DNA of 63,511 bases, counting the filler, from Octopus bimaculoides (lineage: Eukaryota): NCBI RefSeq assembly GCF_001194135.2. It is 5 parts of 5 records of this genome, joined end to end, with 100 filler letters (N's around TTAATTAATTAA, not from the genome) between each part and the next. Parts side by side here need not be neighbours in the genome. Positions count along the whole stretch, not along the records: positions 41,945 to 59,962 come from NC_069005.1; positions 60,063 to 62,039 come from NW_026337187.1; positions 62,140 to 63,511 come from NW_026362658.1; 2 more parts are not named here. One strand, 5' to 3'. The position numbers and the translations under genes are program-made. Below, one piece after another: positions 54,219 to 63,511 of the stretch. A model generated the notes under the pieces. That model saw only the letters and a list, made by a program, of their open reading frames with translations. It did not search any database and had not been told where the DNA came from. The first letter of the stretch is position 1; every line of letters begins with the position of its first letter.

Positions 54219-54303
54219 TCTAGGAAATTTTCCAAATATCCAAGAAGTATTCCAAGTTTTAGTTCAGGCAAGTCCATTTTGCCAAGCACTTCTGGTAATT
54301 TAA
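54219..54303 (-). CDS. MSL3: MSL3-like gene, penultimate coding exon
   Basis: Acceptor tatttgtttcattttAG and donor GA|GTAAGT. The 85-nt exon reads (V)KLPEVLGKMDLPELKLGILLGYLENFL(E), matching MSL3 VKLPEILGKM...LLKHFDLFL. Phases fit both neighbouring exons. Confidence 0.9.
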
Positions 54304-54459
54304 CTAAAATGAAACAAATATAAATTTATGAATTTTAAGCTTTGTCAGGTACTACGATTCACCCTTCACTATTTCCAATTCATATAACATCTGTCCTACA
54401 TTAGATGGGTTTTTACCACCATCCCATTTAAATCCATAATTTACAACCATTTAAAAACA

Positions 54460-54494
<35 letters not shown>

Positions 54495-54624
54495 TAAACC
54501 AGACAGCTGGTCTTCATAAACTTTTTCTTCTTAGTGTTCTTTGACATCTACTTTGCTTCATGAATCTTGAACATTGTATATACTCTGCACAGTCTCATGC
54601 ACAGCTGGTGTATGTTTGTTTGTT

Positions 54625-54945
54625 GCTTGCTTCATGCTCTTGATTGATACGGCTGGGGTCATCACAGGTTAGTGGCCCCAGAGATGTCATCATGTGTAGA
54701 GCCAACCAGGTCCACCAGTGCTCTCCGTTGCTGGCAGTCCCGTGCCAGCACCTCTGCAACTTCCAAGGTGATGTCAAGCCTCTGGAGATCTGGGACTGGC
54801 ATGTGGCCTCTTCCAGCCCACAGCTACTGCATCAAATAAGAGTAAAGCTCTGGTAGAATGATCTAACAGGAGATGGAAGACCTGTCCATAACAGCACATG
54901 CAGTGGATAGCTATGAGGTGGGAGGTGGCAGGCTGATGATCAGAT
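54625..54945 (-). mobile_element. RTE LINE 3' fragment (same family as 57757-58935)
   Basis: Shares gctggggtcatc.caggttagtgg.cccaga..atcatgtgtagagcc..ccaccagtgctctc with the 57.8-kb copy. Confidence 0.75.
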
Positions 54946-55396
54946 CAAATTAACAAATTCAACTGTCAGCTTTGTTGACATTAGAAAAGGCCCAAATGTG
55001 GACTGCTAGCTTTGGAAATGGTTTTCCAACTGCTAGCTTTGCAGAATAAGACTATAGAATCACTTATATGTCAATGTCTACAAAGTTCTGCCAGCTGAGC
55101 GAAAACCTGATTCTGTGTGGGAAGAAGCTTGCTTCCAAACCACATGGTTCCGGGTTCATTCCCACAGCATGACACCTTTGGCAAGTGTCTTCTACTATAG
55201 ACTAAAACCAAACAAATCCTTGTGAGAGGACATGGTAGACAGAAAGTGAAAAAAGCCTGTCATGGCTCTGTGTGTGTGTATGCCTGCCTTTATGTGTGTG
55301 GGTTTGTCCCCCACCACTACTTAATAAACTGTGTTATATATATATACATATATCATATACATATATACACACATACATAAATAAATAAATAAATAA

Positions 55397-55474
<78 letters not shown>

Positions 55475-55671
55475 GGGTTAAATTACTTAGAAAAAAAGAT
55501 CATTTCACAATTCTCACACAAAAAGAATTTTTTTAATGAGTTTTCTTGTTTACATCATAAGAATTTAGAAAGTTTAGGAGACATGAAATGATTTATTTTA
55601 ATGGTGGACCTTAAAGTATAAAAATTATAAATAATAGCAGGGGTTTAAAAAAAAAACTCTTTTGATAGGTA

Positions 55672-56216
55672 CAGGGGTGGCTGTGGAGGGAGAAGCTTGC
55701 TTCCCAATCACATAGTTCCATGTTCAGTCCCACTATGTGGCACCTTCTGCAAGTATCAAGTCAGCCAAAGCCTTGTGAGGGGATTTGATAGATGGAAAAT
55801 GAAAGAAGCCCATAGTGTGCCTGTGCCACATAAAAAGCACTCAGTCCATTCTCCTGGTTGATTGGTGCCAAAATAGACACAGATGTCTGGTACAGGCACC
55901 TGCCTGGCCGGCTCCTATCAAACCATCCAACCCATGCCAGCATGGAAGGCAGACATTAAACAATGATGATGATGATAATGGTGGTGTGTGTGTGTTGTGT
56001 TTGTTTGTCCCCCACCACTGCTTGACAACCAGTGTTGGTGTGTTCCTGTCCCTGTAACCTTGCATTTTGGCAAAAGTGATCAATAGAATAAGTACCAGGC
56101 TTTAAAAGAAATTTTTTTTTAACACTGGGGTTGATTCATTCGGCTAAAAAATTCTTCAAGGTGGTGCCCCAGTATGGCCACAGTCTAATGACTGCAAAAA
56201 GTAAAAGATAAAAGAT
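55672..56216 (+). mobile_element. SINE family A, CpG-decayed, with an internal RTE-tail fragment
   Basis: Head ggggtggctgtgga..agcttgcttccc, tail gtaaaagataaaaga. 55840-55980 matches the reverse complement of the RTE tail at 42179-42330. Confidence 0.7.
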
Positions 56217-56386
56217 GAAAAACGAAAAATGTCAAAAGCTGACCATGGGACATAATCCACCTTTGTAAACATTCATCTGCTTTAAGCATTAAAAACAAAT
56301 TATTTCACATTCTCTCAAAGTTTCTAAATCTTTATGATGCTGTTAAGAACAAAGCTTCTAAAATGGATACAGAACTTCAAAGAAAT

Positions 56387-56454
56387 GCTTTGGTTCAATG
56401 GTAGAACATCATTCATGTTTACAGCAGATGCGAGTTCAAGTCCCATGAGCAGCC
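56387..56454 (+). pseudogene. tRNA-like relic (pseudo-tRNA or isolated SINE head)
   Basis: Intact D-arm GTTC-AATGGTA-GAAC and T-loop TTCAAGT; acceptor and anticodon stems are degenerate. Confidence 0.4.
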
Positions 56455-56726
56455 TTCAACTTTTTCCATCCCAAGGAGTATTTTTAGTTCAATATTTATA
56501 CACTATTAGTTATAGTTTTATCTACTTCAAGTTTCACTGAAAAATGAATTATGAGGTTTGTTTACCAACAAACATTCACCCACCTGCACACTTTTCTTTT
56601 ATATTGCTTCAAAGTATTCTATTTAGACTTAAAACCCACAGACATCCTAGCACACCACAAAGCATCTCAATATTTCTAAAATATTGGGTGTTTTTTTTTT
56701 TCTTCTTTTTGTTGATGATTTCTTAA

Positions 56727-57270
56727 CATGGGGTCCCTCTGAAGAGTGCCTGAAGTAACATTACTCGAGAGGATGCATAGCTCAGAGATCAGGGAGTCTC
56801 TCCAGATCAACCTGCTACTTTCCCGCATTGAGAGATCACAGCTCCGGCACCATAGACATGTGATTAGAATGTAGCAGGAAAGAATCAAATTGCAAGACAG
56901 ATTCTTCAAGCTGAGCCAACCAGAAGACCTAGATGTAGACCAAGAACGAGATGGTTGGATAATATCCATAGTCTCGGTTGGTTATGCTTGAGAATCAGGC
57001 CAAAAAGTGTAATGATGGTTGCTTCCCAAAGAACCATATTGAGGAGGTACCTGAGGACTCTATCCTTATGACCGGCAGAAGGCCTAGGAGTAGACCAAGA
57101 ACAAGATGGTAGGATAATATCCATAGACTCAGTTGGTTGTGCTTGGGAATCCAGACAGAAAGTGTAATGATGGCTACCTCAGACAGGACCCTATGGAGGA
57201 GGTGCCTGACGACTCTCCCTTCATAACCCACTCCCCAGGAATTGCAGGTAGAGAAAATGAATGGATGGAT
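56727..57270 (+). mobile_element. RTE (Expander/Rex3-like) LINE 3' end with an internal 155-bp tandem duplication
   Basis: SSEIRESLQINLLLFRIERSQLRH..HVIRM..RQILQAEPTRRPRCRPRTRWLDNI. The unit agaccaagaac.agatgg recurs at 56937 and 57092. Confidence 0.8.
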
Positions 57271-57756
57271 GGCTGGAATTCTTAATATCTTATACAATAC
57301 AAACCTACCCAACAGTATAAGTACGTGTCTCTCCTGTACCACTTGAATTGTTTATATTCATTTTAAAGAAAGTTATTAACTCTCTAATCTAAAATAAAAA
57401 TTTTAATTTCTTCTTCAGCCATTTATTTACATTCTGTAATGTTTGTTAATAAAATCAACCCACATATTGCCAAACTTTGGCAATTTATTCTATATATACC
57501 TGGGTGTGTTATTTCCACAGAGAGTAACTCAGTTTACCTGTAAATTTTATAATGGGAAAGCAACGGTAAAAAGGTCATGGAAAAATAACCTTAGTCTCAT
57601 TTTTCCGTGATGTGTCTATGTCCACATCTGTTACTAGCTGCCTTTAATTTACATCTTTTTTCATCATCCTATTTGAGTTTATATTTTTAGTTATTATGTA
57701 ATAAATTTATAATCATACAGGTACGTCATTATTTTTAGCACAAATAGCTATTTATA

Positions 57757-58935
57757 TTGCCAGCTTACTTCATGCTTTTGCTTGATGGGGCTGGGGTCAT
57801 CCCAGGTTAGTGGTCCCAGAAACATCATCATGTGTAGAGCCGACTAGATCCACCAGTGCTCTCAATAGCTAGCGGTGCCATGCCAGCCCATCTGCATCCT
57901 GTAAGGTGACATCAAGCCTCTGGAAACCTTCCTCAATTATGTCCAGCAATCTGGTGCAGGGCCTGCCACAAGGCCTCTTCCGGCCTGCAGCTACTGTGTT
58001 GAATGAGAGTAAAGCCCTTGTAGGATGATCTAGCAGGAGATGGAGGATATGTCCATACCAGCGCATGCAACAAATAGCTATTAGGTGGGAAGCAGCAGGC
58101 CAATGCATGCACACATGTGTTTCTTTGTTGGAAACATGATGGTACCATCCAATGTTCTCGATGGTCCTCAGGACTCTGCTATCAAAGTTGTTGATCCTCT
58201 TTACCAAGGTCTTCGAGAGGGGCCACATTTTTGCTCCATAGAGGAGAATGGAGAGGGAAGATGAGTTGTAGTTTTGTCTTCTGGGAGATAGAGCAGTGCC
58301 ACCAAAGAGGCCTCTATAGGAAGTACATGGCCTTGGCAACCAGACATCTGCAGGTGATCTTTGGGGGTCAAGTCTCCATTGTTGATGACTGTGGAGCCCA
58401 AGTAGATGAAGGAGCTCACAAACTCCATAACATCAGGGCCAATATAGGTGAGTGTCCAGGCCATCTCCGACATGTGTTGGCTTGGTCTTCACCCAACTCA
58501 CCTGAAGGCCAAGCTTTGCTGATTCTTCTCCGTATATCATCAGTGTGTCCCTGAGCTGGTCAATCAAAGTGCTGAATAGAGTGATATCATCCACATACAC
58601 CAGGTCAGTAAGGTAGTAGTTCCAAAGATAATTCCAGAAACTCACTCACAGACCCTGGTCATCAGATAATCAATGACACAGTTGAAGAGGTCAGGGTTAG
58701 CCACACAGCCCTCTCTGACTCCGCTGTTGATGGAGAACCAGTCAGAGTCCTTTCCATTCACCCAAACGTAGCTCTCAGCATTGCTATAGAGCCATTAAAA
58801 CAGAGCAGTGATCTTGGTGGGTGCACTGACAAGCTTGAGAATTTTCTAGAGGGATGTGTGCTCAACCACGTCGAAAGCTACCTCAAGGTCAACAAAATGC
58901 AGTGTAGAAGTAGCAATCTTTGCGGAACCCCCAAG
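57757..58935 (-). mobile_element. RTE LINE reverse transcriptase to 3' end (degenerate)
   Basis: INSGVREGCVANPDLFNCVID, LTDLVYVDDITLF, FIYLGSTV, INNFDSRVLRTI, RWYGHI, GRKRPCGRPCTR across frames. Confidence 0.85.
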
Positions 58936-59219
58936 ATCTTTCACTGGCTATTTATATTTTTAAAAAAAGTCTTTTCCACAATACAGCCAATTTTCATTAT
59001 AACCTGACGACAAGTAAAGACACTATAAACATTTGAATAAAGTCATTTAGGCTTAGGCACTTCCTACTCAATTATGATATGATTGAGATTTTGAATTAGA
59101 AAATTTTCAGCAGAATGTTAAAAGTTAAAAGGCACCAACTTAATGGAAGTTGTTCCAAACAAAAGAAAGGGGTCTACAGGTATCAACTTAAGCATGTATA
59201 CTGAAATGGAACTACTTAC

Positions 59220-59355
59220 CAAATAAACGTAACAATTGCTGAGGACCACAGATGATGGAGGGTTGTGGAGGACATTGACTATAGAAAGATTGAGGTAACA
59301 ATCTCCACGTGAAGATTTCATCAATACTACTTTGATCCGTTTGTGAATGGAAGAC
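59220..59355 (-). CDS. MSL3: MSL3-like (MRG domain) gene, third-to-last coding exon
   Basis: Acceptor ttgttcttgattgcAG and donor G|GTAAGT. The 136-nt exon reads VFHSQTDQSSIDEIFTWRLLPQSFYSQCPPQPSIICGPQQLLRLF, resembling the MSL3 MRG-domain segment (vertebrate VLSWKLVP...PPPPSYIYGAQHLLRLF, recalled). Ends in phase 1. Confidence 0.88.
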
Positions 59356-59499
59356 CTGCAATCAAGAACAACAATCTGGTTAAATACAAAATCTAATTAA
59401 AGATTTTTTTTTGTTGTTTATGTTTTATCATTTCATTTTTGTCTGTCCCACTCATTCTTTGCCCTGGTGTCAAATAAATGAAATCATTATTATTATTGC

Positions 59500-59552
<53 letters not shown>

Positions 59553-59561
59553 TTATTATTT

Positions 59562-59781
59562 GAGTGCGAGACCAGTGCATGCCATCAAAGTGACACAGGG
59601 GTACAAATATATGAAGCCCAGTATACCCATCACGACTACCCATCTGATAAGGGTACACCAGGTACATGTATCACAACAACCATATGTGCACAACAAGGTG
59701 ATCTCATAATGAGATAGACAGCACATGACCTTGCAGGTGGGGCCAGTTAGATTTCTTCAGGTTAAGTTGCCCATCCCACTC
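59562..59781. repeat. Unclassified ~220-bp insertion inside an (ATT)n array
   Basis: Complex sequence gagtgcgagaccagtgcatgcc..gttgcccatcccactc, bounded by (ATT)n on both sides. Confidence 0.55.
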
Positions 59782-59917
59782 ATTATTATTATTATTATTA
59801 AGACTAAATACTTAGTATCTTTCCTTTAAGGCAGTGAATTTACAGAATCATTAGACCACCGGGCAAAATGCTTAGCGGCATTTCATCCATCTTCACATTC
59901 TGAATTCAAGTCAAAAA

Positions 59918-59962
<45 letters not shown>

Positions 59963-60073
59963 NNNNNNNNNNNNNNNNNNNNNNNNNNNNNNNNNNNNNN
60001 NNNNNNTTAATTAATTAANNNNNNNNNNNNNNNNNNNNNNNNNNNNNNNNNNNNNNNNNNNNATATATGTATG

Positions 60074-60104
<31 letters not shown>

Positions 60105-60332
60105 CATTACCCAATAAGATAGTTAGACAGACACCGTGGAGTCTCCAGTTATTTTTATATCTTTTAATGTTTTAATTAGGCCAAGTCTTGCGAGACATGT
60201 GTTTGCAATGAAGGCGAGGAACTCTCACGTGACTACATGAATCCCAAATAGTCAATGGGGTTATGTCTCTACGAGGTTGTTTGATCGACTAAAAATAATA
60301 ACCAGACTTCACCCAAATCTTACAACCATTAA

Positions 60333-60768
60333 CCCTTTGCCGGTCGAAAGCATTTTGATAAGTGTCCTAAATGTCCACACTTGGTTTTAGTTTTAGTTAT
60401 CCCTTATTTGTTTATTGCCCACAAGGGGCTAAACATAGAGGGAACAAAGACAGACAAAGGGATTAAGTCAATTACATTGACCCCTGTGCATAACTGGTAC
60501 TTAATTTATCGACCCCGAAAGGATGAAAGGCAAAGTCGATCTCGGCGGAATTTGAACTCAGAACGTAACAGCAGACGAAATACCGCTAAGCATTTTTCCT
60601 GGCATGCTAACGTTTCTTTCAGTTATCCCTTGTTACATTTGTCCTGAGTGATATAAAGCTCCCCATACTTAAGTTCCAAGTTATTGTGGGGATTGAAAGA
60701 TATTGCATATGTGTATCATATCTAATGCATAGACACCTGAGAATTGTATGTCTTGAACAGGCAAAGAG
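60333..60768. mobile_element. piggyBac-type MITE with a SINE insertion
   Basis: TTAA|CCCTTTGCC ... GGCAAAGAG|TTAA. Confidence 0.75.
60406..60620 (-). mobile_element. SINE family B with 11-bp TSD inside a piggyBac-type MITE
   Basis: Flanked by AGTTATCCCTT at 60395-60405 and 60621-60631. Confidence 0.85.
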
Positions 60769-60849
60769 TTAAGAATTTCTATTAGAAGAAACAGTTGAGT
60801 GTGACATTGGTGAATTATTTTATGCAAAATATGTTTTTACAGTATATTC

Positions 60850-61592
60850 TTTTCTACTCTAAGCACAAGGCCTGAAATTCTGGGGGATGGGGCCAGTCGA
60901 TTAGATTGATCTCAGTATGCGACTTGTGCTTAATTTATCGACCCCGAAAGGATGAAAGGCAAAGTCGACCTCAAACTCAGAACACGAAGACAGACGAAAT
61001 ACTGCTAAGCATTTCGCCCAGCATGCTAACGTTTCTCATTTCTTTATTGCTCACAAGGGGCTAAACATAGAGGGGACAAACAAGGACAGACAAAGGGATT
61101 AAGTTGATTACATCGACCCTANNNNNNNNNNNNNNNNNNNNNNNNNNNNNNNNNNNNNNNNNNNNNNNNNNNNNNNNNNNNNNNNNNNNNNNNNNNNNNN
61201 NNNNNNNNNNNNNNNNNNNNNNNNNNNNNNNNNNNNNNNNNNNNNNNNNNNNNNNNNNNNNNNNNNNNNNNNNNNNNNNNNNNNNNNNNNNNNNNNNNNN
61301 NNNNNNNNNNNNNNNNNNNNNNNNNNNNNNNNNNNNNNNNNNNNNNNNNNNNNNNNNNNNNNNNNNNNNNNNNNNNNNNNNNNNNNNNNNNNNNNNNNNN
61401 NNNNNNNNNNNNNNNNNNNNNNNNNNNNNNNNNNNNNNNNNNNNNNNNNNNNNNNNNNNNNNNNNNNNNNNNNNNAAAGGATGAAAGGCAAAGTCGACCC
61501 CGGCGGAATTTGAACTCAGAACGTAACAGCAGACGAAATACCACTAAGCATTTCACCCGGCATGCTAATGATTCTGGCAGCTTGCTGCCTTA
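60850..61592 (-). mobile_element. SINE family B copies flanking a gap
   Basis: atcgaccccgaaaggatgaaaggcaaagtcgacc and cagacgaaatac..ctaagcattt motifs. Confidence 0.75.
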
Positions 61593-61628
61593 AATGTGTC
61601 TTTATAATGAGCCTGTCAGTGATTTTAA

Positions 61629-61843
61629 CCCTTTGCCAGAGCAAAGCATTTTCATGTCTTAAATGTCCATGTTTGTTTTCGGAGTTCAAGTTATCCCCCC
61701 TTTGTTTTATTCATTCTAAGTAATATGAAGCTTTCCTTTCGTAAGCCCCAAGTAATTTTGGTCGTTGAAAAAGAAAATTGTGAAAGTATATCATACATGA
61801 CACAAAGACATCAGGGAAATACATATCTTGGTTGGGCAAAGGG
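61629..61843. mobile_element. piggyBac-type MITE (uninterrupted relative of 60333-60768)
   Basis: TTAA|CCCTTTGCC ... GGCAAAGGG|TTAA. Confidence 0.85.
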
Positions 61844-62717
61844 TTAAACAGGTCTGTTAGAAGTGTCAGTTTAGGCAAGCGAAAGCGAAATCGTGATGGC
61901 ACCTGTGCCCAGCGTCGCCTTTCTGGCACTTGTGCCCGTGGCATGTGTAAGGACTTTCTAGCGAGATCGTTGCCAGTGCCTCAGGACTAGCTCTTCTGCG
62001 GGTGGCACATAAAATACACCATTTTGAGCGTGGCCGTTGNNNNNNNNNNNNNNNNNNNNNNNNNNNNNNNNNNNNNNNNNNNNTTAATTAATTAANNNNN
62101 NNNNNNNNNNNNNNNNNNNNNNNNNNNNNNNNNNNNNNNGTTGGTAAGCAAGCTACTTACCACACAGCCACTCCTGCGCCTTTGTTTCATTATTCATTTT
62201 AAACTACATTGCTCAATGTGTCCTTCAATTTTTCCATATTCTAAGGACAGTAGGAAATTATTTGAATAATACTTGGCAGTTATTTCTGTCAGGCGGCAAG
62301 TCTGGCAGTCGTCATTGTTACTAATGACAGTGGTTGAGATGCTGGCGATGGCAAAGTTGTTCCACTAAGCACCGATTTAATTAAGACTATATTGCTTGAT
62401 CCAGATTTGCAATATCCCAACAAAATAGATTCCAACACTGTTTATAATAAACTATCACTGGTTTTTGTTGGTAGAATTAGCGGGCAAAACCTATTGAAAA
62501 ATAATCTCGACTTCCTTGAATTTGGAAAAAATGTTTAGAGCAATTCGACTGAGTTTCAGATTTTGGATTACGAATGAATTTTTGAAGACAGCCATAACGT
62601 GACGACTTGCGTAGGTATTTGTTTCTGTCAGTATATTATACTACTACTACTAATGCTACCAGTGTGTGACGGCGCGTGGCTATTTAGTTCTGTCACTGCA
62701 TCGTACTACTACTAATA

Positions 62718-62925
62718 CTTCTTTCTTTATTGCCCACAAGGGGCTAAACATAGAGGGGACAAACAAGGACAGACAAAGGGATTAAGTCGATTACCAATGC
62801 GTAACTGGTACTTAATTTATCGACCCCGAAAGGATGAAAGGCAAAGTCGACCATGGCGGAATTTTAACTCAGAACGTAACGGCAGACGAAATACCGCTAA
62901 GCATTTCGCCCAGCGTGCTAACGTT
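62718..62925 (-). mobile_element. SINE family B, near-consensus with CpGs intact
   Basis: ttctttctttattgcccacaaggggctaaac...cagacgaaataccgctaagcatttcgcccagcgtgctaacg. Confidence 0.85.
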
Positions 62926-62997
62926 ACTGCCTCCTTACTACTACTACTACTACTACTACAACTACTGCTGCTGCTGCTGCTGCTACTAGCGTATAAA

Positions 62998-63298
62998 GGC
63001 GCGTGGCCAAGTGGTTAGGGTGGTGACTTCGAGACCCGGCGGCGCATTATGTCCTTGAGCAAGACACTTTATTTCACGTTGCCCTAGTCCGGTCAGCTGG
63101 CAAAAATAAGTAGTACCTATATTTCAAAGGGACAGCCTTGCCACATTAATTGTCACGCTGAATCTCGCGGAGAACTACATTAAGGATCACGCGTGTGTCA
63201 GGAGTGTGTCTCAGCCATTTGCACGTTAATTTCACGAACAGAGTGTTCTGTTGATCGAATCATTTGGAACGCTCTTCGTCGCAACTGACCGAGTACCA
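62998..63298 (+). mobile_element. tRNA-derived SINE with V-domain-like body and family C tail
   Basis: ggcgcgtggccaagtggttagg head, tgtccttgagcaagacactttatttcacgttgc body, and the same tail as 19610-19986. Confidence 0.75.
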
Positions 63299-63400
63299 GT
63301 TTTCCTACTACTACTATCTGTACTAGTGTTTTTGTCATCATAATCCTTATATAACGCTTTTGTTCTCACTTTATATTACACGTATATAATCTGTTATTTC

Positions 63401-63434
<34 letters not shown>

Positions 63435-63511
63435 CATTTAACATAATTTTTATCGCAAGTAGTGGCAGGTCTTTGATATTCTTTCTGAAGTGAAACACGT
63501 ATATATATATA

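Overview
Eukaryotic, AT-rich, repeat-saturated genomic DNA from a gapped draft assembly. The SINE families and microsatellite load suggest a cephalopod such as Octopus (inference). Many N-runs are present; four 100-bp placeholder gaps carry an artificial TTAATTAATTAA six-frame-stop linker. Nearly all ORFs in the supplied track are translated microsatellites or Ns. One host gene is well supported: the last three coding exons of an MSL3-like (MRG-domain) gene on the minus strand (59355-59220, 54303-54219, 52507-52447). They have canonical splice sites and matching phases, and join to VFHSQTDQSSIDEIFTWRLLPQSFYSQCPPQPSIICGPQQLLRLFVKLPEVLGKMDLPELKLGILLGYLENFLEYMAARHEDLFPASAYVDAV*. The rest is tRNA-derived SINEs, LINE relics (RTE, CR1, R4/Dong-like), mariner/pogo/hAT/piggyBac-type relics and MITEs, and simple repeats. 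Most notable observations: (1) a 328-bp near-perfect foldback with an 8-bp TSD in the last MSL3 intron; (2) Penelope-type minimal hammerhead ribozyme motifs, one forming the tail of a tRNA-headed SINE; (3) a sharply bounded CpG-depleted domain (~43.5-60 kb) that reads out gene-body methylation; (4) an element bounded by inverted minisatellite arrays; (5) a mariner made of two inverted 5' ends.
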